From Patescibacteria group bacterium (GTDB taxonomy: Bacteria; Patescibacteriota; Patescibacteriia; Patescibacteriales; JAQTRU01), in the NCBI GenBank assembly GCA_028711415.1, contig JAQTSG010000002.1, positions 1 to 51,442 of the forward strand: a stretch of 51,442 bases of DNA. The letters run 5' to 3'. The translations under genes and the position numbers were made by a program. Under the pieces are notes generated by a model. That model made no database searches. It was not told the origin of the DNA and saw only the letters and a program-made list of their open reading frames with translations. Below, one piece after another: positions 1-6,649 of the stretch. Positions within the stretch are counted from its first letter, which is position 1. Each line of letters starts with the position of its first letter.

Positions 1-1083
1 AACGGCGGAGTTGATATCGGTAAGCCCTGTATGACCAATGGCGATTGCAGCGGCGGCGTTCAGTGTCGAGATGACGCTCTGGGCACGACCGGAGATCCTC
101 CGGCCGACCCATTTTTATCAAGCGCAGACGTTATCGCTAATTATAATAGCGCTACCGGTTATATTACTGGGTGGGCGAAAATTTTGGTTTTAGGCGAGGA
201 CGGCTGGATAAATTTCGGAGATTTGGTTGAAGGCGAAACCACCTTTCCCTTAAACTTTCCCTTAAATTTTCCCCTCGTATTTGCCAGCGGCACATTCGGC
301 GTATCCATTGCGTCGAGTACGGGCGAATGGAGCGGTTGGGCCTGGAACGGAAATAATGCCGGCGAACCGGGGATTGGCTGGGTCAGTTTTAATTGTTTAG
401 ATACAGATAGTTGCGCGAGTTCGGATTATAAAGTTATTTCAATTTTAAATGAGGCGCCTACCGCAGTTAATTTATCCGCGCCGAACTGGAGTTATGAGCA
501 GGCCTGCGCTTTGGACGCTAGACGGGCGTTCCTGCGCTGGGAATTTAGCGACCCGGACGCGGGATCTTCCCAGGCCTCTTACCAAATTATTCTTAATGAT
601 AATAATAACCCCAACAGCCCCCTTATTGATACGGGTAAATTAGAGGGAGGGGCAAGCCAATATCCGCTTGGGCCGGATGACCTAGATTACAATGAGACTT
701 ATTATTGGTGGGTAAGAGTCTGGGACAATTTTAATGTCGCTTCAGAACTTATAGCTGGTCCATCGTTTACTACCTATGAGCACGAATTTCCCGAAGTGGC
801 TTTTACCTGGTTTACGGAAAATCCCAGCCGGGACGAGGAAGTAAAATTTACTGATAATTCAACTACTGATGGCGGAACGACTATAGCCAGCTTATTATGG
901 ACAGCTCCCGACGCTTCAATTAATGATCCGGCCACCTCTACGCCAATCATTATTTTCAATTCTTCCGGCAGCCAGTCAGTAACCCTGAAAGTAACTGACA
1001 GTGATGGCTATTATTGTAGTTTAACGGAAACTATAAACGCGAATGTGAATTTGCCGGGCTGGAAAGAAGTGAAACCCCGTTAG
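1..1083 (+). CDS. 5'-truncated secreted/surface protein with C-terminal PKD-like domain
   Basis: Frame 1 is open from base 1 (no stop before the ATG at 31), so the gene probably starts upstream of the window. Motifs: GW..GWVSFNC; YYWWVRVWD beta-sandwich signature; PKD-like VKFTDNS...VTLKVTDSDGYY. The TAG stop (1081-1083) lies inside a CCCCGTTAGAAAT repeat copy. Confidence 0.6.
   Translation, partial: NGGVDIGKPCMTNGDCSGGVQCRDDALGTTGDPPADPFLSSADVIANYNSATGYITGWAKILVLGEDGWINFGDLVEGETTFPLNFPLNFPLVFASGTFGVSIASSTGEWSGWAWNGNNAGEPGIGWVSFNCLDTDSCASSDYKVISILNEAPTAVNLSAPNWSYEQACALDARRAFLRWEFSDPDAGSSQASYQIILNDNNNPNSPLIDTGKLEGGASQYPLGPDDLDYNETYYWWVRVWDNFNVASELIAGPSFTTYEHEFPEVAFTWFTENPSRDEEVKFTDNSTTDGGTTIASLLWTAPDASINDPATSTPIIIFNSSGSQSVTLKVTDSDGYYCSLTETINANVNLPGWKEVKPR
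244..279 (+). repeat. 12-nt in-frame tandem repeat (tttcccttaaac x2 plus one degenerate unit) encoding FPLNFPLNFPLV
   Basis: Direct reading: tttcccttaaac / tttcccttaaat / tttcccctcgta. Confidence 0.8.
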
Positions 1084-1178
1084 AAATGACAAAGTTTTTG
1101 CCTTATCCTTTTCCCGAAGAACCAATTTTATTTGTCATTACTGCCATAAGCGGAGAGGATTTCTAACGGGGTGAAACC
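1069..1178. repeat. Inverted-repeat bracket copy A (CCCCGTTAGAAAT 1075-1087 / ATTTCTAACGGGG 1159-1171) with nested inverted repeat aatgacaaa/tttgtcatt (1085-1093 / 1131-1139)
   Basis: Both 13-mers are perfect reverse complements. Both are flanked by gtgaaacc. Located between the PKD protein stop and the pilin operon. Confidence 0.85.
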
Positions 1179-1227
1179 AGAATAGGCCCATCTTTATAAG
1201 ATAAATGAAAAAATACAGAGAAGTTAT

Positions 1228-1260
1228 AAATTTAGCGTGGTTTCTCGCCACGCTAAATTT
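1228..1260 (+). terminator. Perfect 13-bp stem hairpin (aaatttagcgtgg-tttctcg-ccacgctaaattt), candidate terminator/attenuator ahead of the pilin operon
   Basis: The stem-loop is read directly. No long T-tract follows the stem, so function as an intrinsic terminator is uncertain. Confidence 0.4.
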
Positions 1261-1282
1261 AGAATAAGAGTTTTTAGTATAT

Positions 1283-1936
1283 ATGAAAAAAATAAAAAAT
1301 AAAATTAAGCCATTTCTGAAAGAGAGAAGATTTACCCCAGCAAATATTGCCAAGGGCAATTTGGCGGGGTTTACCCTATTGAATAGTCGTAAAACGAATT
1401 CAACAGGGTTTACTTTAATAGAGTTGTTAGCGAGCATTTCCATTGTGGCTCTGGTTTCCGGAATTTTTTTAGCTAATTATCATTCTGCCGGTAAGCAGTC
1501 CAGATTAAATATGGCGGCGCAAAAGATAGCCAGCGATATCAGGTTAGCGCAAAATTATAGCCTGGGCTCAAAAGAGTATGGGGGTCAGGTGCCAAGCGGC
1601 GGTTGGGGAGTATACTTTAATAAAGCCTCGGCTCCGGAAAGCTACAAAATTTTTGCCGACAACAACGGCAATAAGGAATATGATATCGGCGAAGATGATA
1701 AAGATAGGGGCGGTCAAACCATTAGTTTGCCCGATGGTATCGTTGTTTCAGAGATAGACGCGGGCGTTTCAATAGATTCGGTTAATATTACTTTCCTGCC
1801 TCCTGATCCGACTACCAATATTTGGGACGGGGTTAACAGTTATAATGAGGTACAGATAGAACTTCAAGGAGAAGACGGAAATTCAACAAAAACTATTGTC
1901 GTCAATTTTTTCGGTTTAATCGAAGTCATTGATTAA
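1283..1936 (+). CDS. Type IV pilin / pseudopilin (prepilin-type N-terminal cleavage/methylation domain)
   Basis: G|FTLIELLASISIVALVSGIF class III signal with Glu at +5. The leader from the ATG at 1283 is unusually long (42 aa). An in-frame TTG at 1379 would give a canonical 10-aa leader, MNSRKTNSTG|FTLIEL. Confidence 0.8.
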   Translation: MKKIKNKIKPFLKERRFTPANIAKGNLAGFTLLNSRKTNSTGFTLIELLASISIVALVSGIFLANYHSAGKQSRLNMAAQKIASDIRLAQNYSLGSKEYGGQVPSGGWGVYFNKASAPESYKIFADNNGNKEYDIGEDDKDRGGQTISLPDGIVVSEIDAGVSIDSVNITFLPPDPTTNIWDGVNSYNEVQIELQGEDGNSTKTIVVNFFGLIEVID

Positions 1937-1941
1937 TTTTT

Positions 1942-2448
1942 ATGAAAGCAGATAACCATAAAAAACAAGCGGGTTTTTCCATTCTGGAAATAATGGTGGC
2001 TATTTTTATTATTACTATGGGGCTAATCGGCGTCCTGTCTTTGATTACCCAGAATATCCAGGTGGAATATATAAATAAGAATAACTTAATCGCTTCGCAA
2101 CTGGCCCAGGAGGGGCTTGAGTTAGTAAGAAATATCAGGGATAATAATTGGTTGGCCGGTAATAATTGGGATGATGGTATCACCCCGGGCGCTTATATTG
2201 TAGATTATAACGGTAAGATTGATAGCGTGGCGGGTATAGGGGAAGCGAAACTGCAAAGGAGAAATGATGTCGGCGAAGAAGGTTATTACTGGCACGAGGC
2301 GAGCGATCCAGACTCTCCGTTCAGCCGTTTAATAACCATCACCCAGACTTCCCCTGAATTGTTAAATATTTCCTGTTTAATTCGCTGGGAAGACAGAGGC
2401 GGGGCTTATCAGTACGTGGCTGACACTATTCTATACGACTGGCGGTAG
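1942..2448 (+). CDS. Minor pilin / pseudopilin (prepilin-type N-terminal domain)
   Basis: KKQAG|FSILEIMVAIFIITMGLIGV with Glu at +5. Confidence 0.75.
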   Translation: MKADNHKKQAGFSILEIMVAIFIITMGLIGVLSLITQNIQVEYINKNNLIASQLAQEGLELVRNIRDNNWLAGNNWDDGITPGAYIVDYNGKIDSVAGIGEAKLQRRNDVGEEGYYWHEASDPDSPFSRLITITQTSPELLNISCLIRWEDRGGAYQYVADTILYDWR

Positions 2449-2705
2449 AGCGCATAGCGCAAATTTCAAATAACAAATTTTAAATTTTAATGACGTATGA
2501 TTTGGAGGGGATAATGATATAAATTGTCAATTTGCAATTTTCAATGATGGATATCTTTAAAAATCATTCAGACGATTGATAAGGGAAAATAATTAATTAA
2601 AATTTAGTCATTTAAAATTCAATTAAAATTTAAAACTTAAAATTTAAAATTAAAGCAAAATTACAGTACTGTTATTCCGTAATAAAATATAATTATTATC
2701 TTAGT

Positions 2706-3281
2706 ATGTTAAAAAATATTTTAAAAAACAACAAGGGCGTGACTTTGCTGGAGATGATAGTTTCTGTGGCTATATTTTCCGAGGTTATGCTTTCGACTAT
2801 GGGGATTTTTCAGATAGTGATTGAGGGGCAGCGCAACGCTGTCGCTTCCCAAAATATTCAGGAGAGCATGCGATACGCTTTTGAAACTATGGCTAAAGAA
2901 ATCAGGACTGCGGTAGCGAGTAATTATGATTGCGAGTCCTTGTTCGGTTCGCCGCCGGCAGCGACCAATAAGGTTTTTAATACCACCATCAATAGCGAAG
3001 GTGATATCTTGTATTTTAAAAATAAAGAAGGCGTTTGCGTAGCTTATTATTTAGAAGATGAGACTTTAAAGATTACGAGGGGAGTAAACACCGCTTCCAC
3101 TGTTCCCGCCAAAATTAAAATTACTAATTTAAGTTTTAAAATTTCCGATGATTTAATCGGCGCTTTTCACAGTCAACAACCATTAGTGACCATGAAAATG
3201 GATATTGAAGCGGCGGGAAAGGCAATGCATAAGCAGGCGATGAAAATGCAGACGACCGTTTCCTCCCGATACTATGAGTAA
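2706..3281 (+). CDS. Minor pilin / pseudopilin (PilW/GspJ-like)
   Basis: NNKG|VTLLEMIVSVAIF with Glu at +5, then a hydrophobic helix. Confidence 0.7.
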   Translation: MLKNILKNNKGVTLLEMIVSVAIFSEVMLSTMGIFQIVIEGQRNAVASQNIQESMRYAFETMAKEIRTAVASNYDCESLFGSPPAATNKVFNTTINSEGDILYFKNKEGVCVAYYLEDETLKITRGVNTASTVPAKIKITNLSFKISDDLIGAFHSQQPLVTMKMDIEAAGKAMHKQAMKMQTTVSSRYYE

Positions 3282-3442
3282 TGAATTATTAGATAGTGAG
3301 AATTTTGATTTTATCTGATACCCTGATTCTCGATATCCTTTCCCCGATTGACTAATTACCCGTTTACTTTTAGAATATCAGTTTAAACAGGATATCAGGG
3401 AAAGGATAACAGTTTATCGGAATATTGGTCAAGTAATTTAAA

Positions 3443-3832
3443 ATGAAAAATTATATAAAAAAAATAAATAATAAAAGCGGTACGGCGCTTCTTTTAACTT
3501 TGCTGATTTTAACCAGTATTTTAGTGGTGGCTTTAGGGGCCGCCAGCTTAATTACTGCCGGTATAACTATAGGTCGGACGCAGGCGCAATCAACTAAAGC
3601 TTTTTTCGCCGCCGAAGCCGGAGCGGAACAAGCCCTGTGGGAAGTAAGAAAAAACAGCTATTCTATCCCCGGGGCTGATACTGACGATATTTTTTTAGGG
3701 AGCTTAAGTAACAGCAGCTCTTATGCTGTAGACCTTGCCGTTTCCCTTCCCCAGGTAACCTTTACCTCTACCGGCAGTTTCCGGCAAGTTAAAAGAAGCA
3801 TTGCCGTTGATTTTGAAGTTGATAATCCTTAA
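3443..3832 (+). CDS. PilX/GspK-like minor pilin (no Glu+5)
   Basis: NKSG|TALLLTLLILTSILVVALGAASL. Last gene of the pilin operon, as is typical for PilX/GspK-type proteins. Confidence 0.55.
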   Translation: MKNYIKKINNKSGTALLLTLLILTSILVVALGAASLITAGITIGRTQAQSTKAFFAAEAGAEQALWEVRKNSYSIPGADTDDIFLGSLSNSSSYAVDLAVSLPQVTFTSTGSFRQVKRSIAVDFEVDNP

Positions 3833-3836
3833 TTAT

Positions 3837-4007
3837 TTACCCCGTTAGAAATTTAGATAGAAATAGTTGGAATGTTTGTATTTAAAAGTTTTTAAAATGA
3901 ATTACCGCATGCTGATTTTATAGAGAATTTTGTTGAAAAACTGAAAGATTACCATCTAAAATATTATTTATGGAGAAAAAAGATAACAAAATTTCTAACG
4001 AGGTGGA
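3837..4007. repeat. Inverted-repeat bracket copy B around the ligA start (CCCCGTTAGAAAT 3840-3852 / ATTTCTAACGAGG 3991-4003)
   Basis: The upstream arm starts 5 nt after the stop of the preceding gene. The downstream arm lies in codons 8-12 of ligA. Confidence 0.85.
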
Positions 4008-6174
4008 CAAACAAGAAGCAAAAAAACGAATTGCTAAATTAAGGAAAGAGATTGACCATCATCGCTATCTTTATCATGTTTTGGATAAAATTGAAATCAG
4101 CGACGCGGCTTTAGATAGTCTAAAAAATGAACTCTTTAAATTGGAAATGGCCAATCCTGAATTTATTACGCCCGATTCGCCCACCCAAAGAGTGGGTGGA
4201 AAACCTTTAGACAAATTCATTAAAGTAGTCCACTCTCGGCCGATGATGTCTTTGTTTGACGCTTTTTCTCCGGAAGATATGAAAGACTGGGAGGAAAGGA
4301 TTAAAAAATTAATCCCCCTTATCCCCTTTATCAAGGGGGAGACAATCCCCCTTCGTCCCCCCTCAAAAGGGGGATATGGGGAGTTAGATTATTACTGCGA
4401 ATTAAAACTGGACGGGTTAGCCATGACTTTAAAATATAAAAATGGGATTTTTATAGAGGGAGCGACCAGGGGAGACGGGAAAGTCGGTGAGGATGTAACC
4501 CAGAATTTAAAAACGATTGAAAGCATACCTTTGCGGCTAAGAGAGCCGGAAGAAGGTGAGCTAAAAAAAATTGGTTTAGACGTTAGGCAGATAAAATTAG
4601 TCAGGACTGCTTTAGAAAAGGGAGAAATAGAAGTGCGGGGAGAAGCGGTAATGACCAGACAAGTCTTTAACGAGCTTAATAAAAAATATAAAAAAGAAGG
4701 CAAACCTCAACTGGCTAATCCGCGCAACGGCGCGGCCGGTTCAATCAGGCAACTTGACCCGAAACTGGCGGCCGAGAGAAAATTAAGTTTTTATGTTTAT
4801 GCTTTAGCGACTGATTTTGGCTTAAAAAATCATGAGGAGGAACATAAATTGGCCGAAGTTTTAGGATTTAAAGTATTGAAAGAAAATAAATACTGCCGAG
4901 ATTTATCCGAAGTTTATAAGTTTCATGATTATTGGGAAAAAAACAGAGAAAAAATGCCTTTTGAATGCGACGGAGTAGTTATAGTGGTAAATAATTTAGG
5001 TTTGTGGCCGGTCCTCGGTATTGTCGGCAAGGGGCCGCGTTATATGATGGCCTATAAGTTCGCGGCCTTGGAAGCAACGACGAAGATAAGAGAAGTCGTC
5101 TGGCAGGTAGGCCGGACCGGAATTTTAACTCCGACGGCCGTGCTGGATCCGGCGCCGGTCGGCGGCGTAACTATTACTCACGCTACTTTACATAATATGG
5201 ATGAGATAAAACGTTTGGGCATAAAAGTCGGGGATACGGTTATCATCCAGCGGGCCGGAGACGTAATTCCGAAAGTGGTGAAAGTTTTACCTAATTTGCG
5301 CTCTGGCGAAGAGAAAGAAATTAAGGTGCCGAAAAAATGCCCAATGTGCGAAAGCGAAGTTACCAAAGTGCCGGGAGAAGTCGCTTATCGTTGCTCCGGC
5401 ACAAATTGTTACGCGGTTAATTTACGGCGCCTAGCCCATTGGGTTTCTAAAAATGCCGTTGATATTGATGGCTTGGGTCCGAAAATTATTGAACAGCTGG
5501 TAAAAGAAGGATTAGTAAGGGACGTAAGCGATTTTTATATTTTAACAGTCGGCGATTTAGAGCCCCTGGAAAGGTTTGCCGAGAAATCCGCGGATAATTT
5601 AGTTAAGGCGATTAATGACAGAAAAAAAATAGATTTACCTCGTTTTATTTATGGCTTAGGGATTAGACACGTGGGCGAAGAATCGGCGATATTATTAAGT
5701 AAGAAATTATCACCGCCAAGGCGGGACGGGGAAGTAAAAAGTAATAAGATTTCTGATATAGTAAAGAAATTTAAGATGTTGTCTTTAGAGGAGCTGGAAA
5801 AGTTAGAGGATGTGGGGCCGATTGTGGCTAGAAGTATTTATGACTGGTGGCACGATAAAAAAAATTTGGAGTTGCTGGAAAAGTTAGAAAAAAACGGAGT
5901 GGAAATTGTGTTAAACAAAACACAAGGTGCGAAGCAGATTTTAACAGGTAAAACCTTTGTTTTAACCGGAACTTTAAACAGTTTGACAAGGGATGAGGCA
6001 AAAGCTAAGATAAGGGAGCTGGGTGGAGATGTTTCCTCGTCTGTAAGTAAAAATACTGATTATGTGGTGGCTGGGGCTGAACCGGGAAGCAAATACGATA
6101 AAGCAATAAAGCTTAAAGTTAAGGTGATTGGGGAGGATGAGCTTCTTAGGTTCCTAACGAATCAACGAATTTAA
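3970..6174 (+). CDS. ligA: NAD-dependent DNA ligase
   Basis: HHRYLYHV N-terminal Ia domain; adenylation motif CELKLDGLA; Zn finger CPMCESEV...CSGTNC; HhH region; BRCT GKTFVLTGTL. An alternative in-frame GTG start lies at 4003. Carries two repeat-derived in-frame insertions and a repeat-encoded C-terminal TNQRI. Confidence 0.95.
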   Translation: MEKKDNKISNEVDKQEAKKRIAKLRKEIDHHRYLYHVLDKIEISDAALDSLKNELFKLEMANPEFITPDSPTQRVGGKPLDKFIKVVHSRPMMSLFDAFSPEDMKDWEERIKKLIPLIPFIKGETIPLRPPSKGGYGELDYYCELKLDGLAMTLKYKNGIFIEGATRGDGKVGEDVTQNLKTIESIPLRLREPEEGELKKIGLDVRQIKLVRTALEKGEIEVRGEAVMTRQVFNELNKKYKKEGKPQLANPRNGAAGSIRQLDPKLAAERKLSFYVYALATDFGLKNHEEEHKLAEVLGFKVLKENKYCRDLSEVYKFHDYWEKNREKMPFECDGVVIVVNNLGLWPVLGIVGKGPRYMMAYKFAALEATTKIREVVWQVGRTGILTPTAVLDPAPVGGVTITHATLHNMDEIKRLGIKVGDTVIIQRAGDVIPKVVKVLPNLRSGEEKEIKVPKKCPMCESEVTKVPGEVAYRCSGTNCYAVNLRRLAHWVSKNAVDIDGLGPKIIEQLVKEGLVRDVSDFYILTVGDLEPLERFAEKSADNLVKAINDRKKIDLPRFIYGLGIRHVGEESAILLSKKLSPPRRDGEVKSNKISDIVKKFKMLSLEELEKLEDVGPIVARSIYDWWHDKKNLELLEKLEKNGVEIVLNKTQGAKQILTGKTFVLTGTLNSLTRDEAKAKIRELGGDVSSSVSKNTDYVVAGAEPGSKYDKAIKLKVKVIGEDELLRFLTNQRI
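4312..4381. repeat. GC-rich composite palindromic insertion kept in-frame inside ligA
   Basis: Outer arms atccccctt (4312-4320) / aagggggat (4367-4375). Inner hairpins cccctt-tatc-aagggg (4323-4338) and ccccct-caaa-aggggg (4358-4373). Encodes PLIPFIKGETIPLRPPSKGGYG just upstream of the KxDG motif, where E. coli LigA (from memory) has about 14 fewer residues. Confidence 0.75.
5711..5727. repeat. 17-nt GC-rich palindromic element caccgccaaggcgggac (copy 1, inside ligA)
   Basis: Identical 17-mer at 37137-37153. Contains the hairpin ccgcc-aa-ggcgg. Read here as SPPRRD. Confidence 0.85.
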
Positions 6175-6241
6175 CAACGAATGCAACGAATAAATTTGAG
6201 TATTATAACGAATCAACGGATATCGCACGAATATAACGAAT
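6156..6241 (+). repeat. Array of 8 irregularly spaced AACGAAT-type heptamers (6 perfect, 2 variants)
   Basis: Copies start at 6156, 6164, 6176, 6185, 6207, 6215 (AACGGAT), 6226 (CACGAAT) and 6235. One inverted copy, attcgtt, lies at 6670-6676 on the other side of the GxxExxY gene. Confidence 0.85.
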
Positions 6242-6256
6242 AATAATGTGATATAT

Positions 6257-6649
6257 ATGCAAGGAGGGGAGCATATAATTTATAAAGATTTGAGTTATAA
6301 AATTGTTGGTATTATGTTTGAAATTTATAACGAGTTGGGATATGGTTATCAAGAAAAACATTATGAGAGAGCGGCTGAAAAAATTTTCATTGAACGGAAA
6401 ATAGATTACAAAAAGCAATTACGGCATAATATAATTTTTCACAACGAGAAAATAGGGACTTATTACTTTGATTTTTTAATTGAAGATAAAATTATAGTTG
6501 AGTTGAAGAAAGGAAATTATTTCTCCAGGAAAAATATAATTCAGGTTAAAGAATATTTATCGGCTGTCGGCTTGAAGCTGGCTTTAATAATAAATTTTAC
6601 TCCTTATGGAGTAAAAACTTTAAGGATATTAAATCCAAACAATAAGTAG
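6257..6649 (+). CDS. GxxExxY family protein (PD-(D/E)xK nuclease fold)
   Basis: NELGYGYQEKHY matches GxxExxY. DFLIEDKIIVELKK matches a D..ExK core. The track ORF starts at GTG 6248; the first ATG is at 6257. Confidence 0.75.
   Translation: MQGGEHIIYKDLSYKIVGIMFEIYNELGYGYQEKHYERAAEKIFIERKIDYKKQLRHNIIFHNEKIGTYYFDFLIEDKIIVELKKGNYFSRKNIIQVKEYLSAVGLKLALIINFTPYGVKTLRILNPNNK

Noticed and set aside
449-643. Same-strand nested ORFs in alternative frames (449-643, 25577-25765, 35521-35706, 37363-37560, 38128-38316, 40695-40910, 44089-44322)
   Set aside because: All are inside longer ORFs that carry clear family motifs, and none shows an independent signal.
1138-1443. Minus-strand ORF of 101 aa spanning the pilin upstream region
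   Set aside because: It is antisense to the pilin start and to the repeat region. Its HPVRNPL segment is just the bracket repeat read backwards. It has no recognisable motifs and every other gene is on the + strand.
2497-2580. Mini-ORFs after a strong GGAGGGG Shine-Dalgarno-like site (ATG ATA TAA at 2514-2522; 11-codon ORF at 2546-2581)
   Set aside because: They are too short and unconserved-looking to support. They are probably chance ORFs in an AT-rich spacer.
3837-4007. Integron attC-like recombination sites (inverted arms 85-155 nt apart containing GTTAGAA / TTCTAAC)
   Set aside because: The order is GTT... first and ...AAC second, the reverse of the attC R''(RYYYAAC)-R'(GTTRRRY) layout. 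No IntI integrase or attI is present. The flanked genes include essential housekeeping genes (ligA), not cassettes.
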